A stretch of DNA of 64,000 nucleotides from Octopus vulgaris (Eukaryota), in the NCBI GenBank assembly GCA_951406725.2, contig OX597836.1, positions 30,752,001-30,816,000 on the forward strand, given 5' to 3'. The notes under the pieces were generated by a model, which saw nothing but the letters and a program-made list of their open reading frames with translations, made no database searches and had not been told where the DNA came from. This document shows, in pieces, positions 1 to 12,934 of this stretch; within the stretch, counting starts at the first letter, position 1, and each line of letters starts with the position of its first letter. Both the position numbers and the translations under genes were made by a program.

Positions 1-185
1 ATCTTTCATCGGTAAACTTTGCTTTTTGTTCTTTCAAGGGTCAATAGAATAAAGAACCACCCAAGTTTTGGGATCAGTATAATCAACAGTTCTTCACCCT
101 ATAAATTTGCTTCTTTGTTAAAAATAATCATTGTTATTAAATATATTCATAATATTTTTATACACCTTGCTTTTTGTTTCTTCAG

Positions 186-298
186 ATTGCTCGAAAATTA
201 TCAAGAGCCAGAGTGGAGTGCCACGTCGAAGGTAGAGAAAGAAATTAAAGAATTAGAATCACTTCACCAGAAAGAGTTTGGTGATAAATTTTCCGAAG
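186..298 (+). CDS. DNAJC21: DNAJC21 internal coding exon (first in window; the J-domain exons lie upstream of the window)
   Basis: Polypyrimidine tract and ttcag acceptor end at 185. Encodes LLENYQEPEWSATSKVEKEIKELESLHQKEFGDKFSE. The donor GAAG|gtgatt is phase 1 and matches the next exon. An alternative same-phase donor exists at 280/281. Confidence 0.8.
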
Positions 299-780
299 GT
301 GATTTAAGTTTAATTATTATTACAAAGAAAGAAACTAAAAGAAGATACAGAGAAAGATCATTAATTTCTGTAACCTGTTTGTTGTTATTTAGTAATACTA
401 CTACTAATAATAATTATTGATGTCACAGTAATGTCCAAGCTGAAGCATCACAGGGGGGTAGGGGGTGGCGACCCCTATTGTACTCTTTCACTCCAACTTT
501 CTCTCACTCTTCCTTCCTGTTTCTTGTCCCCGACTTCCTACGCAACCGCTGAGCCTGGATGCGCATTCATCCATCCGTCGATGCTCTCAGTGTCGGGCGT
601 TGACCTGCTTTCTCTTCTGCGGGTCTTACGAATAGCAAAGGACCATGTTTCGGACTTCTCCCATCTTGCGAGCTCTGTGGCGAAGACCATTCGCTCAACA
701 GCAGCTGAGGCATCAAAAAGTCAAACTTACTGTATTCAGTTTGGGTTTCCATTGCTGTCCTCACTTGTGGCTAAGAATGT

Positions 781-1175
781 TGGGTAATGACTAACAGAAT
801 GCGATTACAAATACAAGCTGCTGAAATAAGGTTTCTCCTGAGGATCTCTGGGATAATGCTACTTGACAGGATGCGTAGCTCAGAGTTCAAGGAATCTCTC
901 CTGGTTGAGTCTCTACTTCTCTGCATTGAAAGGTCACAGCTCCGATATTACAGACGTGATTAAAATGTCATAAAAAGGAATCGCAAGAGAAATCTTTCAA
1001 GCCAAGCCAACAAGTAGGAGACTTAGGGTTAGGCCAAGAATGAAATGGTTGGATAATGTCCATAAGCTCAGGAATCCAACCAGAAAGTTTAATGACTATT
1101 GCTCTTGATAAGACCAAACGGAGGCAGTGCCTGAGGACTCTACCATCATAACCTTCCTGAGAAGGCAATGGTGAG
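781..1175 (+). mobile_element. RTE-clade LINE 3' fragment (decayed)
   Basis: Translates WVMTNRMRLQIQAAEIRFLLRISG...LLLCIERSQLRYY...RVRPRMKWLDNV with a stop and a frameshift. This is a typical RTE ORF C-terminus. Confidence 0.75.
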
Positions 1176-1599
1176 CTGAGAAAGTGGCTAGATTGATGGA
1201 TATAAACCTCACCTGAGATAACCATGTAGTGGATGTCAGCTCTATATGAGGTAGTCATTTAGTTGATGTCACTTGTGTTTTTTCCCCCCTTTTTTCTCTC
1301 CTAGTCTAATAATGCAACTCAGCTCAATGTTCTTGACTGTGTTTTACTTAAAGCTACAACTTTAAAATCTGCCAAGCGTAATCTCTCTTCAGTATTTCCC
1401 ATTGATAATGGCTAAAGAGCTAGAAATACTGCATCTGGAAATCAGATAGGGAACAGTACTGGACAGATATGGTGTTTTTACACCTTTTACCATCAGATTG
1501 TTTTTTCTTCCCATGGTAACTACTGTAAATTTGCCTTTAAAAGTTGAAATACGTCAAACATTTTAATTTACCCAAAGTTCACTTATGCCTAAATACTGC

Positions 1600-1760
1600 T
1601 TGATGCCTTCATCTTTCTTTTCTCTTGGACTTTCCTCCATCTTCTGTCTCTGACGAAGAGCTTTCTTTGCTTGAAACGTAAAACTACCTTTCTTTCCTTC
1701 CCTGAGCCTCTGCTAATGCTTTGCATGTACCATGTCCTCACGTTGTTGTTTTTTGTGGGG
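1600..1760 (+). mobile_element. Penelope-like terminal-repeat fragment with hammerhead-like motif
   Basis: CTGACGAAGAGC-tttcttt-GCTTGAAACGTA at 1650-1680. Homologous to the inverted copy at 11360-11550. Adjacent to (TA)n. Confidence 0.55.
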
Positions 1761-1905
1761 GGATTATATATATATATATGTGCATGCGACAGGTTTCTTT
1801 CAGTTTCTGGCTGCCTACCAAATCCACATACAAGCCTTTGGTTGGCCCGGGGCTATAATAGTACCTATAGTAGAAAGGACTATCATTGTCGGCGGCGGCA
1901 GCACC

Positions 1906-2050
1906 CCGAGGTCAACTTTGCTTTTCATCCTTTCGAGGTCGATAAATTAAGTACCAGTTACGCACTGGGGTCGATGTAATTGACTTAATCCGTTTGTCTG
2001 TCCTTGTTTGTCCCCTCTGTGTTTAGTCCCTTGTGGGTAGTAAAGAAATA
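1906..2050 (+). mobile_element. SINE family B, 5'-truncated
   Basis: Reverse complement of the family-B copy at 4429-4662 (gaggtcaactttgcttttcatcc...gtgggtagtaaagaaata). Confidence 0.75.
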
Positions 2051-2244
2051 TATTATTATTATAATTACTTTGTTCATCTTGTACATGTACTTGTGTATTC
2101 ATCTTTATTTTATTCAATTCTAGAAAAATTGTAGCATGTCTTTGACAATTCTGGAGCATATTGAACTTATTTTATGCATACCTATGGCCCACCCTGTGTT
2201 GTACAAAATTGTATACACACACACACACACACACATACACATGT

Positions 2245-2465
2245 TTAACCCTTTAGCATTTAATTGATCATATCTGGCCCAAATATTCTATCTGTTTTAT
2301 GTTGAAACTAGCCAGATCCAGCCTCTCACACCTGCTCTACAATGTCACTAGAAATAAATTACATCATCAAAATCTTGAAGCTACAAGATAATGCATGATT
2401 ATTCAATACAATGTAAATAAATAAACATTATATTTGACAGAAGAATCTGAATGTTAAAGGATTAA
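2245..2465. mobile_element. piggyBac-like MITE (~225 bp)
   Basis: Termini TTAA-CCCTTTAGCATT ... AATGTTAAAGGA-TTAA. Further copies at ~3448-3658, 6922-7140, 12428-12645, 19329-19557, 29370-30150 (several), 40394-40618 and 54823-55049. Confidence 0.75.
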
Positions 2466-2489
2466 TTTCTTTTTTTTTCTTTTTTTCAG

Positions 2490-2571
2490 ATCTCTCCTCT
2501 GAAGAAGATGCAGATTACGCTGGTGAATTATTTTGTGTAGCATGCAATAAAGCTTTTAAAAGTGATAAGGC
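2490..2571 (+). CDS. DNAJC21: DNAJC21 exon, N-half of first C2H2 zinc finger
   Basis: T-rich tract with cag acceptor. Encodes DLSSEEDADYAGELFCVACNKAFKSDKA. Donor GC|gtaagt (phase 2). Confidence 0.92.
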
Positions 2572-3678
2572 GTAAGTACATCAATTTTATGAACTAGAAA
2601 TAACGAATGAATGAATGATCTGTTTGTCAAAACTAGTAATTTTGGCAATAAAAACAGTAAAATCAATATCTCTTTATATATAAACGGCAAAATGTCTGTG
2701 TGTGTATCCTTTATACAAATCCACAATTTTTCATTTAGAGGTCTCGCACTTTCTATGGTCATTCAAAACCGTTCAAGGGTGGTCGTGCACATCTTTACAT
2801 TTCCCCAGTCACCCCGCAAAGCCATTAAAAAATCAGTAGAAGTGACTTTTTTGTGAATTTTCTATCCAAAAACCCAATCAAAATGCCCGAAACTTGATAC
2901 GCCAATTGAATGCCAGCTAGCTGTATGTGATTGGTTGGAGATTTGGACAGTACTCGTATGTATGTGCACTCACACGCAGCTGTATATGCATGCACTAGCA
3001 CTTTGACCTGGCATTGCTGGGTCATAGTGCTAGTTGTATATATTTGGTTTCAAATTTTGGTACAAAGCCAGCAATTTTAGAGGGGGTGGCTAAGCCGATT
3101 ATATCAATCCCAGTGTTCAACAGGTACTTATTTTATCGACCCTGCTTTAATGAAGCTGGCAGACGCTGGCAGAATTTAATGAAGCTTTATTGACGCTGGC
3201 AGAATTTGGATTCAGAAGCTAAAAAACAGATGAAATGCCACTGAACATGCTCCTTAATATCCCATATATTGATGTTAGTTCCATTCACTGATTTAACCTC
3301 TTCCCTCTGCAGAAATCAGATATATCTACTCAAAATTTCATTACCCTTAACTGTTCTTGTTTGAAACTATTTTATTTTGAGATATGTCAAGTCTATTGAG
3401 GCAATGTAATTTACAGTAAAAAAACCAATTCTAATTTTTGACAGATATTTAATCCTTTAGCATTCATATTCTGTCAAATGTAATGCGTTTTCATTCACAT
3501 TGTTTTGTAACTATTCATGTATTATCTCGTAGCTTTGAAATTTTGATGATCTGATAACATTGAAGGGTAGGTGTGTTAGGCTGGATCTGGCTGGTTAGAA
3601 CACAAAACAAGTAGCATGTTTGGACCAGATAGGGCTGATTTAAATGCTAAAGAGTTAACACCATTATTGAAATAACTA

Positions 3679-3995
3679 TCATCATCATCATCATCGTTTA
3701 GCGTCCACTTTCCATGCTAGCATGGGTTGGACGATTCAACTGGGGTCTGGGAAGCCAGAAGGCTGCACAAGGCCCAGTCTGATCTGGCAATGTTTCTACG
3801 GCTGGATGCCCTTCCTAACGCCAACCACTCCATGAGTGTAGTGGGTGCTTTTTACATGCCACCGGCACAGGTGCCAGACGAGTCTGGCAAATGGCCACGA
3901 TCAGATTAGTGCTTTTTATGTGCCACCGGCACGGGGGCCAGGTGGGGCTGGCAATGGCCACAAACGGATGGTGCTTTTTACGTGCCATCTGCACA
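3679..3995 (-). mobile_element. SINE family C with (GAT)n tail
   Basis: Shared core ggcgttaggaagggcatccagc...catgctagcatggaaa..ggacg followed by (GAT)n, with internal gtgctttttacgtgccacc repeats. Other copies at ~9907, 13713, 27990, 30540, 36611, 37428, 38990, 41510, 41935, 43935, 57490 and 63260. Confidence 0.75.
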
Positions 3996-4428
3996 ATTTT
4001 GAAGTTAAAGGTTTAATATTTTCATTGGTTGAATTGTATATCTTATTCACCTAATTTACGATTCCTTCAAAGAAAAAGACAGAATGAAGACAAGCGACAT
4101 AGAGTAGAATGGATACTTTAGTCTTAACAGAGACAACCTCTCAGGTGTAATAAAGATGGTTCATCATCTTCCTCCTCATCCTCATCATATTTTTTCCTGA
4201 TCCCAGATTTTATGTAAGGAAATTATAGCAATCATTTAATAAAAAAAGTGTTGAGATATCATGTGCTGTATTTTATTTATAAAATGCGTACTGTCTATTT
4301 TGTAAAAGGTGAAGGCACATAGCTTGGGGGTTAGGGTATTCAGCTCATGACTCTAAGGTCATGAGTTTGACTCCCAGTGGGGCATTCTATCCTTGAGCAA
4401 AACACTTTATTTCACATTGTTCCAATTC

Positions 4429-4662
4429 TTATTTCTTTATTGCCCACAAGGGGCTAAATGTAGAGGGGACAAACAAGGACAGACAAAGGGATTAAGTCGA
4501 TTATATCAACCCCAGTGCGTAACTGGTACTTAATTTATTGACCCCGAAAGGATGAAAGGCAAAGTCGACCTCGGTGGAATTTGAACTCAGAATGTGACGG
4601 CAGACGAAATACCACTAAGCATTTCGCCCGATGTGCTAACGCTTCTGCCAGCTCGCCACCTT
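4429..4662 (-). mobile_element. Full-length tRNA-derived SINE family B, nested in a family-D SINE (~4310-4860)
   Basis: Minus-strand A/B boxes (tggcagaagcgttag / gagttcaaattcc). 15-bp TSD acattgttccaattc at 4414-4428 and 4663-4677. Confidence 0.85.
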
Positions 4663-5057
4663 ACATTGTTCCAATTCATTCAACTGGCAAAAATGAGTTG
4701 TATTTATATTTCAAAAGGCCGGCCTTGTCACAATCTGTGTCGTACTGAATCTCCCTGAGAGCTGTGTTAATGGTATGCGTGTTTGTGAATTTCATGAACA
4801 GGCTGTTCCATTGATTGGATCAACTGGAACACTAGTCATCATAATCGATAGAATGCCAGTTGTAGCAGAATTCTGTAAAAGGCTGGTGATATGAAGGGCA
4901 GCCAACTGTAAAAAAATATCATGCCAAGAATGAAATCAACAAGTAGAATTGACAGAGATCCTGCAAGTCACAAGTACAGGCAACCCATCTTGGAAATAGT
5001 ACAAATGACTTTTTAGTCCTGACACGTAATATTGGTGTACTTTATTATGCCATTCTA

Positions 5058-5411
5058 TATAGGCGCAGGAGTGGCTACCAACCACATGGTTCCAGGTTCA
5101 GTCCCACTGCGTCGCACCTTGGGCAAGTGTCTTCTACTATAGCCTCAGGCTGACTAAAGCCTTGTGAGTGGATTTGGTAGATGGAAGCTAAAAGAAGCCC
5201 ATTGTATATATATGTATATGTGTATATATGTTTATGTGTTTGTTCCCCCAACATCGCTTGACAACTGATGCTGGTGTGTTTACATCCCCGTAACTTAGCA
5301 GTTCGGTTAAGAGAATGATAGAATAAGTCCTGGGGTCGATTTGCTCGACTAAAAAGGCGGTGCTCCAGCATGGCCGCAGTCAAATGACTGAAACAAGTAA
5401 AAGAGTAAAGA
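5058..5411 (+). mobile_element. tRNA-derived SINE family A
   Basis: Head ggcgcaggagtggct...ggttcagtccc, internal (TA/TG)n and an (AAAGAGT)n-like tail. 21-bp TSD gtactttattatgccattcta at 5037-5057 and 5412-5432. Confidence 0.85.
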
Positions 5412-6360
5412 GTACTTTATTATGCCATTCTAATAGAGAGGGCATTCAGTCTTAAAAATCATGGTGATTTTTTCTGAGATTGTGTATACCAAATGACAAA
5501 TGATCAAAACCCTTCTAACACATTCAGAGGTAGAAAAAAAGGGCCTTAATAGCAATGTTGATATTACTGTATATACTTGTGGATGTCACAATTTTTTTCC
5601 ACATAAATATGACATAATAACCAGCGTGTAACTTATCTGCTGAACATACAAAAACTCAATATAAAATATGTGCTGCATTGTAAATCGTTCATAAAATAAT
5701 CCTTTTTAGAAATGGTGAATCTTGAAGCAGATAAAGCTATAAATAATAGCATGTAAATTTTGGGTTAAAAATCCCTTTGGATAGAAAATGTCAGAGGCTG
5801 CCTATAGGACTTGAACCCACATCATCTGTAAACATGAGAGCTGTTCTACCATTGGACCAAAGTTGTCCTTCAAATTTCTGTATTTATTTTAGAAACTTAA
5901 CTCTTATCAGCAAGAATTGTATGTTGTTGACATCATAATAACTTATAAACTTTGGGAATGGAAACATTTCTTTTAGGAGTGGTGAATCTAGAAGTAAATA
6001 AAACTATAAGTAATAGTGTGTAAATATTGGGCTTAAATCTCTGGATAAAAAAAAGTTGAAGGCTGCCCAAGAAACCCAAACTCACATCTGTAAATATGAC
6101 AAAAATAATTTCATGTTCTGAAACTTTCTAAATTGTTATGATGCAAGTCCATAAACCTTTTGTTTTTAGCTTCATACTGTAACAGCACATTTTTATGCGC
6201 CAATCAAAATGTAATGATAATTTCTGAATCCTATAATTTGCTGTAGGTAGACAAATTTTTTAAATCTTTTATTCTCAAGACAGAAAAGCCAATAAAATTT
6301 TGTTTGTATGCATTATTATTGCCCCATATTACAGAAGTAGAACAGACCACCTCATTGTGT

Positions 6361-6394
<34 letters not shown>

Positions 6395-6399
<5 letters not shown>

Positions 6400-6640
6400 G
6401 ATATAGTGCATATTTATACACATAAGGAATCCACTTAGTGTGAGATTCAATACATTAGAAAGAACCTCTAGGTTCTATAAACCACAAAAATAACGGATAA
6501 AAATCGACAGGAATAAATTTATTCCTGTCGATTTTTATCTGTTATTTTTGTGGTTTATAGAACCGAGATGTTCTCTCTAATGTATTGAATCTCACACTAA
6601 GTGGATTCCTTATGTGTATAAATATGCACTATATCGTATA
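6395..6640. repeat. 246-bp near-perfect palindrome without spacer
   Basis: Arms are mirror-complementary about gaataaa|tttattc (6517/6518). Embedded in (TA)n. Confidence 0.92.
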
Positions 6641-8267
6641 ACTAATATATAGTCTTCTTGACTAATTTTTTGGCACGTTAGACCACTGGAAATGTAAATT
6701 TTGATTGAATATTTTAAATTTAATTAAATTCCATTTCCCTTTGATATGATTATATATATATATATATTATTCATATGTAATTTGTTCACCTTGATAAGCA
6801 TGCATCCACACATGTTTTACACCAGAAAATATATTTAATATCATTTGAGATACAGAATAGATGGTTTATACATACCAGCATAGTCAGAGCATGATAATTA
6901 TTTTGTTATTGTATATGATTAGGCCTTTAGCATTCAGATTACTCGGTCAAATGTAATGCTTATTAACTCACTTTGTTTTCAATTAATTATGCATTATATC
7001 ATAGCTTCGAGATTTCAATGATGGGATTGTATATTTCTGAATGACATTGTAGGGTAGGTGTGAGAGGTCAGATCTGGCCGGTTTGAACATAAAACAGGTT
7101 GAATGTTTGGGTCGTATGTGGCTGGTTTAAATGCTGAAGTGTCAAATAAATAAATAAACTAGAATCATTACACATAAAGAATTAAGAATTCACTGACATG
7201 GGTTTAATTTGTTAAGAGCTACAAACAGATATGGTTTACATGTTTGATATGTTGTGATGAAAAATACAATGTTTAGTTTTGAACATTTTGATAGAAATTT
7301 CATCCAAACGTATTATAAGCAGTATTAATTATTAATTAACACAGCCTGTGATATATATATATGTAAGTCAAGTACTGAACCAAGAATGCTGTATGCAAAA
7401 TTGGGGGGTAAACTATACATGAGTATATATGGTACATAACATCTGTCCTTTTCCCATTGAGAATAATTATCATATGAAATGAACAGTCTTTGGTTATAGT
7501 CCATAATCTTTAGACTCTACAACCTTGTATACTTCCGTTAAACCAATGATTTTATTGCCTTGAAAATATCAGCTTTTTTTTTTTTGCAATTTTATTATAT
7601 TTGTTGTTCTTCCAATTTAAAAAATTTTTTTGCTTTTCAAACTTTTTTTTTATTGCTCCGTGTTTTATCCTCCTTCCTTTATTTTGTGTTGATCAATCAA
7701 AAAAAATCTATCGATCGGTAACCAGCAGGATTATTATTGTATTTGTTGTAGGTTGGGTATTCTGGATATATGATAGGTGTTGTTCTTAATTGTTGTGTAG
7801 CCCCGATCAAGCGACTACAATAAAAGGTCTCTGTTCTCTTCCTTTGTATGTCTGGCACTACATTGTCCAGAGTGTACTTCCTTTTTAAAGATGACAGTTG
7901 GGATTTGGCTGATATCTCTAGCAAACTGAATGACCATGTAGAGGCTTCTCCATTGGTTCATATTTAAAAAAATATATATTCTGGTCGGGTGTATTGATAA
8001 ATAAGGTTGAGGTTTTTACTTCAGTTGTGATCTGTTTGGTAGCAAAATCTCACATTTTCTTTGTCCACCAGTGAAATTTGTTATATTATATATATATAAA
8101 AAAAAAACAGAAATAAACAAAGCAAATGAGAACATTAAACTAATTTTAATAATATTAATAATAATAATAACAGTAATATTATGTTACAATAGTATTTACA
8201 TTATAATAACATAATATTAATATGATTGTCATTACATTAATTAATTAAAAGCATCTTTATTCTTCAG

Positions 8268-8477
8268 ATTTGCCAATCATGAGAGGTCCAAAAAACACAA
8301 AGAGAACGTCATTTTACTGAAGCAAGAGATGGAGGAAGATGAGGCTGCAATGGTGAATAGTATGACAGAGAAGAAGAATGATAGCTCAGAAGCCTTATCT
8401 GACATTCCAGTGGATGATGAGGATCTTGACTTAAACAGTGATGATATTGTGGAAGAAACCTCTGAAAGAAAACAGAA
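8268..8477 (+). CDS. DNAJC21: DNAJC21 exon, C-half of first zinc finger plus acidic linker
   Basis: tcttcag acceptor, phase 2. Encodes FANHERSKKHKENVILLKQEMEEDE...ETSERKQ, completing CxxC...HxxSKKH. Donor AA|gtaagt. Confidence 0.93.
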
Positions 8478-8809
8478 GTAAGTCTTAGACGAGTTCTTAA
8501 TTGTTTAAAAAGGCCTTTCTACCAAACTGGGTGAGTTTCCCTGCAATGAAGTAAGCATATATTAAAAAAAACTTACAAAGGCCTTTCATAATTATAACAA
8601 ATTTTGACCACTTTAATTAAAATCAACATAAAAAAATAATAAAATAACCAAAAATACATAAAATAAAAAAAAAATAATGATTCCTTATATTCAATCTTGA
8701 TATACCATAAATCCTCGAGTATAATATGCATTTTTCCCCCAAAATTTAAAGGTCAAAATCCCTAGTGCTTACTATATACAAGGTTAAAAATGGAACTGTC
8801 CAACCCTCA

Positions 8810-9443
8810 AGGGGCTACACACAGAGGGGACAAACAAGGACAGACAAACGGATTAAGTCAATTATATCGACCTCAGTGCGTAACTGGTGCTTATTTAATC
8901 AACCCTGAAAGGATGAAAGGCAAAGTCGACCTTGGCGGAATTTGAACTCAGAACGTAACAGTAGACAAGATACCGCTAAGCATTTCACCCGGCGTGCTAA
9001 CGTTTCTGCCAGCTCACCACTGTTTCCATCTATCAAATTATCCCCTCAAGTTACTATAATTAGAATAATGCTTTCAAATTTTGGCACAGGGCCAGCAGTT
9101 TTAGGGGAGAGGCTAAGTCAATGACATCAACTCCAGTACTCAACTGGTACTTATTTTATCAATCCTGACAAGATGAAAGGCAAAGTCAGCCACGACAGAA
9201 TTTGAACTCAGAACATAAAGATGAACAAGATGTCACTAAACATTTTGCCTGGTGTGCTAATGATTCTGCCAGCTTGCTGCCTTTATAATAATAATAATTA
9301 TAATAATAATAATCCTTTCTACTATAGGCACAAGGCCTGAAATTTTGGGGGAGGAGCATAATCAATTACATTGATCTCCATGTTTCACTAGTACTTAATT
9401 TATTGACCCTGAAAGGATGAAAGAAAACTTGACCTTGGCAGAA
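8810..9443 (-). mobile_element. Cluster of three family-B/B' SINEs
   Basis: Repeated ...gaaaggatgaaaggcaaagtcgacc...gaatttgaactcagaac core separated by (AAT)n. Confidence 0.75.
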
Positions 9444-9789
9444 TAATCTCCTTATATTTTTTATATATTTGTATATATATATATATTTATGTATATTTGT
9501 CTAAATCATGTAGTAGGGAGTGAAGGGAGAGGAGAGAAAACAGTAATTCAGTGAAGGAAAAGTAGTGAGAGTAATGGCCATGACTGAGAGGGAGTGAGAG
9601 AAAGTAATAACAATGAGAGAGAGGAAGTGGCAAAGAGAGTATTGTGTATTTTCTACTATAATAATACTCTTGTGTATTTCTCCGTCACAACATATGAATG
9701 AGAAAGGAAAGGATGATCCACCTATGGAAGTGGGATGGTGAAAAGTCAACGGTGAAACAAAAATCAAACAGTGCTTCAACTCTGTGTGA

Positions 9790-9836
<47 letters not shown>

Positions 9837-10619
9837 TGTATGTTTACTGAGAAATATACATAGAAAATAGAATTACACATATATATACATGTACATACAC
9901 ATATATATCATCATCATCGTTTAGCGTCCGCTTTCCGTGCTGGCATGGGTTGGATGGTGCAAGTGGGGTCTGGGAAGCCAGAAGGCTGCACCAGGCCCAA
10001 TCTGATCTGGCTATATATATATATATATATATATAAAAGACACACTTATAAAGGAAGGAAGCGGGCTGTGACAAAGTATAGAAAACCATGCTCACTACAG
10101 ACTGTGCTACTCATACATATACTTGTATACATATGCGTGCACACAAACACACTCATCCAGAGTTCAAGCACCGTTTGATTTTTTTTTTCACTTTTTTGTA
10201 CCCTTTTTGTACATAAAATACTACAATTATCCATCATTTTTTATGGCACGGGGCCAGCTAGCAATAATAATAATAATGATGATAATAATAATGCATCTAT
10301 TGTCTACAGTCTTCAGGTGCTTTGCAACTCATAAAAAAAGTAGCCCTAAAGGGCATGAACAGTACATAGAATAATGCATAGGAAGTGAACTGTGAATAAG
10401 TCATTTAAAACAAATATAAAATGGGGACATCAGGTGCACTGTTGGCAAATTTCAGGGAGCATGGAAGTTTTGAAGGATGTAGTGTCCCAACAATTAACAA
10501 TTAATGTAGGTTGTTTATTCCTTGCCTAGGCAATTTTGAACATGTAAAAGACGTTTCACGTTAACAGGTGTTTGACATATGGAATTCAAAAAGGTGCCCA
10601 AGGTTGTTGCTAGAAAGAT

Positions 10620-10966
10620 CTCACAACATCATAAGCGGAAAGTGTAACCTCTCGAAAGAGCTGTTCTTCACTCCTGCTCCAGAGCGTCGGCTGCGGGGTC
10701 ATTCCGAAAAGCTCTATCTGCGACGATTTCATCTCAATCGAAGGAGAGGGGCTTTCTCCGTCCAGGTTGCGGATCTGTGGAATAAGCTGCCGGACGAGAT
10801 GGTGAAGATGCCGATGACCGCTCGGTTCAAAGTCTCTCTTGATCAGAAATGGCCTGAACTCTTTGCATGAACATCCTCCCTGTACATAACTCCATGTCCC
10901 CCTACATGGCCTTGCTTTTTGCTTTTTGAGCCCAAAAATTAACTAACTTAACTAACTAACTAACTA
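10620..10966 (+). mobile_element. CR1-clade LINE 3' end
   Basis: Encodes RLRGHSEKLYLRRFHLNRRRGAFSVQVADLWNKLP...FKVSLD, a CR1-type ORF2 C-terminus. Followed by a short 3' UTR and a (TAAC)n tail. Confidence 0.8.
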
Positions 10967-11072
10967 AATCAGTTGCTAAATGTCGGATCTTTAATGTGGC
11001 CATGCCGAGGGAAGCAGGATGTTCAGAGTATGTAGAAGGCACTTGTCTAAGATATTGCAACAAGCTGTGGGA

Positions 11073-11314
11073 TTGTTTCAGTCATTTGACTGTGGCCATG
11101 CTGGAGCACCGCCTTTAGTTGAACAAATCGACCCCAGGACTTATTCTTTGTAAGCCTAGTTCTTACTCTATCATTCTCTTAACACAGACACACAAACATA
11201 CACACACACACACACATTTATATATACGATGGGCTTCTTTCAGTTTCCGTCTACCAAATCTACTCACAGAACCATGTGGTTAGTAAGCAAGCTACTTACC
11301 ACACAGCCACACCT

Positions 11315-11318
<4 letters not shown>
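11073..11318 (-). mobile_element. SINE family A, internally deleted
   Basis: Reverse complement of 5058-5411 with gaps. Confidence 0.75.
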
Positions 11319-11353
<35 letters not shown>

Positions 11354-11438
11354 TAATCCAAACAAGAAAGCACAAAAAAACACAACGCGAGGACGTGGAA
11401 CAAATATAGTATTATTGGACGCTCAGGAAAGAAGGAGG

Positions 11439-11473
11439 GTTTAACGTTTCGAGTGGAGCTCTTCGTCAGAAAC
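11439..11473 (-). ncRNA. Minimal hammerhead-ribozyme-like motif in a Penelope-like repeat
   Basis: Minus strand reads GTTT-CTGACGA-A-GAG-CTCCA-CTC-GAA-ACGT-T-AAAC. This gives a CUGANGA/GAAA core, stem II, a palindromic stem III and a 4-bp stem I. Confidence 0.55.
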
Positions 11474-11844
11474 TAAGAGAAGGAAAGATCCAGAGAGGGG
11501 AAGACAGAGGAAAAAAATCGCCAACGGTACACATGCGGTCACATTTTGAATGTTTATATATATATATATATATACACACACATACCAAACAGCAATAGTT
11601 TGATAGTAATGAGCAGATATGAAAAGTTTGATATAGAGATTGTAATAAGTTCAGTGAGAACAGCTAGAGTTTGATCATTTAAGAAAAATGTGCTTTCAGG
11701 TTTATATTTTGCATTTTTAGGTAATGAAGTGGGTGTTTTTTTTTTTTTTGTATTTCCATCATTACATTTTTCATTCACTTTTGAATTACATTTCATTATT
11801 TCATCTCCTAATAATGAAATAGACGGCTCAATTAATTGATAATC

Positions 11845-12078
11845 CTATTTCTTTGTTGCCCACAAGGGGCTAAACATAGAGGGGACAAACAAGGACAGAC
11901 AAAGGGATTAAGTTGATTACATCAACCCCAGTGCGTAACTGGTACTTAATTTATCAACCCTGAAAAGATGAAAGGCAAAGTCGACATCAGTGGAATTTGA
12001 ACTCAGGATGTAACGGCAGACGATATACCACTAAGCACTTTGCCCGGCATACTAACATTTCTGCCAGCTCACCAACCT
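11845..12078 (-). mobile_element. Full-length SINE family B
   Basis: 15-bp TSD aattaattgataatc at 11830-11844 and 12079-12093. Confidence 0.85.
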
Positions 12079-12934
12079 AATTAATTGATAATCTTATCGA
12101 CAACAATTTGTCTTTGAATTTCAGACATTTAAAATGTTCCGATATTCGAGTTTCAGCTTGAGGTTGGTAAACCTGCAAAATCATTACTGTGCCAAACAAA
12201 ATACTTAATGGCCTTTCATCTGACTTTAGCATCATATAGTAATTCTGATTGTCACTCCGTTACTTAGCCCATCCATAACACTTCCGTGTGATTAGTTGAA
12301 GGGGTGGGTAAGGTGGTGGTGAGTGAAATGTGTATTTTTTTTTTTTTTAACTAAGTTTTTGGATAAAGTTTTCAGAAAAAGCCCAACAAGTTTACCATAA
12401 ATTCCACAAAATATTCACAGGACCTGCTAATTCAGATTATTCTGTCAAATGTAAAGCTTATGTATTCACACCATTTTAAATTAATCATGCATTATTTCAT
12501 AGCTTTGAGATTTAATTGATGTGATTGTTTATTTTTAAAATGATACTGTAAGGTAGCTATGAAAGACCACATCTGACCAGTTTGAAGATAAAACAGATAA
12601 AAAAAATTTTGGCCAGATGTGGCTGGTTTAAACACTAAGGGATTAAATTTCACCAAGGTAGACTTTACCTTTCACCTTTCAGGGTTGATTCAATCGACTA
12701 GCCTCTTCCCCTCAAAATATTCAGACCTTGTGCTTATTATAGAAAGAATTACCTTAACCGACTACTCTCATCATCATCATCATCATTTAATGTCTGCTTG
12801 TGCCCATTGTCGAAAGAATATTTCATTTCGGAGTTTGTCTTGTCAGTTTTCCTTCTAAAATTGTTTGAATCATCATTATCATCATCACTACCACTAATCT
12901 CACCATGTTTTATAGTACAATAATCCCTTGCTAT

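Noticed and set aside
19-420. 133-aa ORF as a standalone gene
   Set aside because: Only 186-298 is coding (DNAJC21 exon). The flanks are intron read-through.
431-787. 118-aa ORF
   Set aside because: It is intronic, has no recognisable domain or fitting splice phase, and looks like retroposon-derived sequence abutting an RTE fragment.
5795-5862. tRNA-like sequence on the minus strand (also heads at 18506, 55907 and 57418)
   Set aside because: A/B boxes are present but there is no complete cloverleaf. They are SINE heads or decayed derivatives, not tRNA genes.
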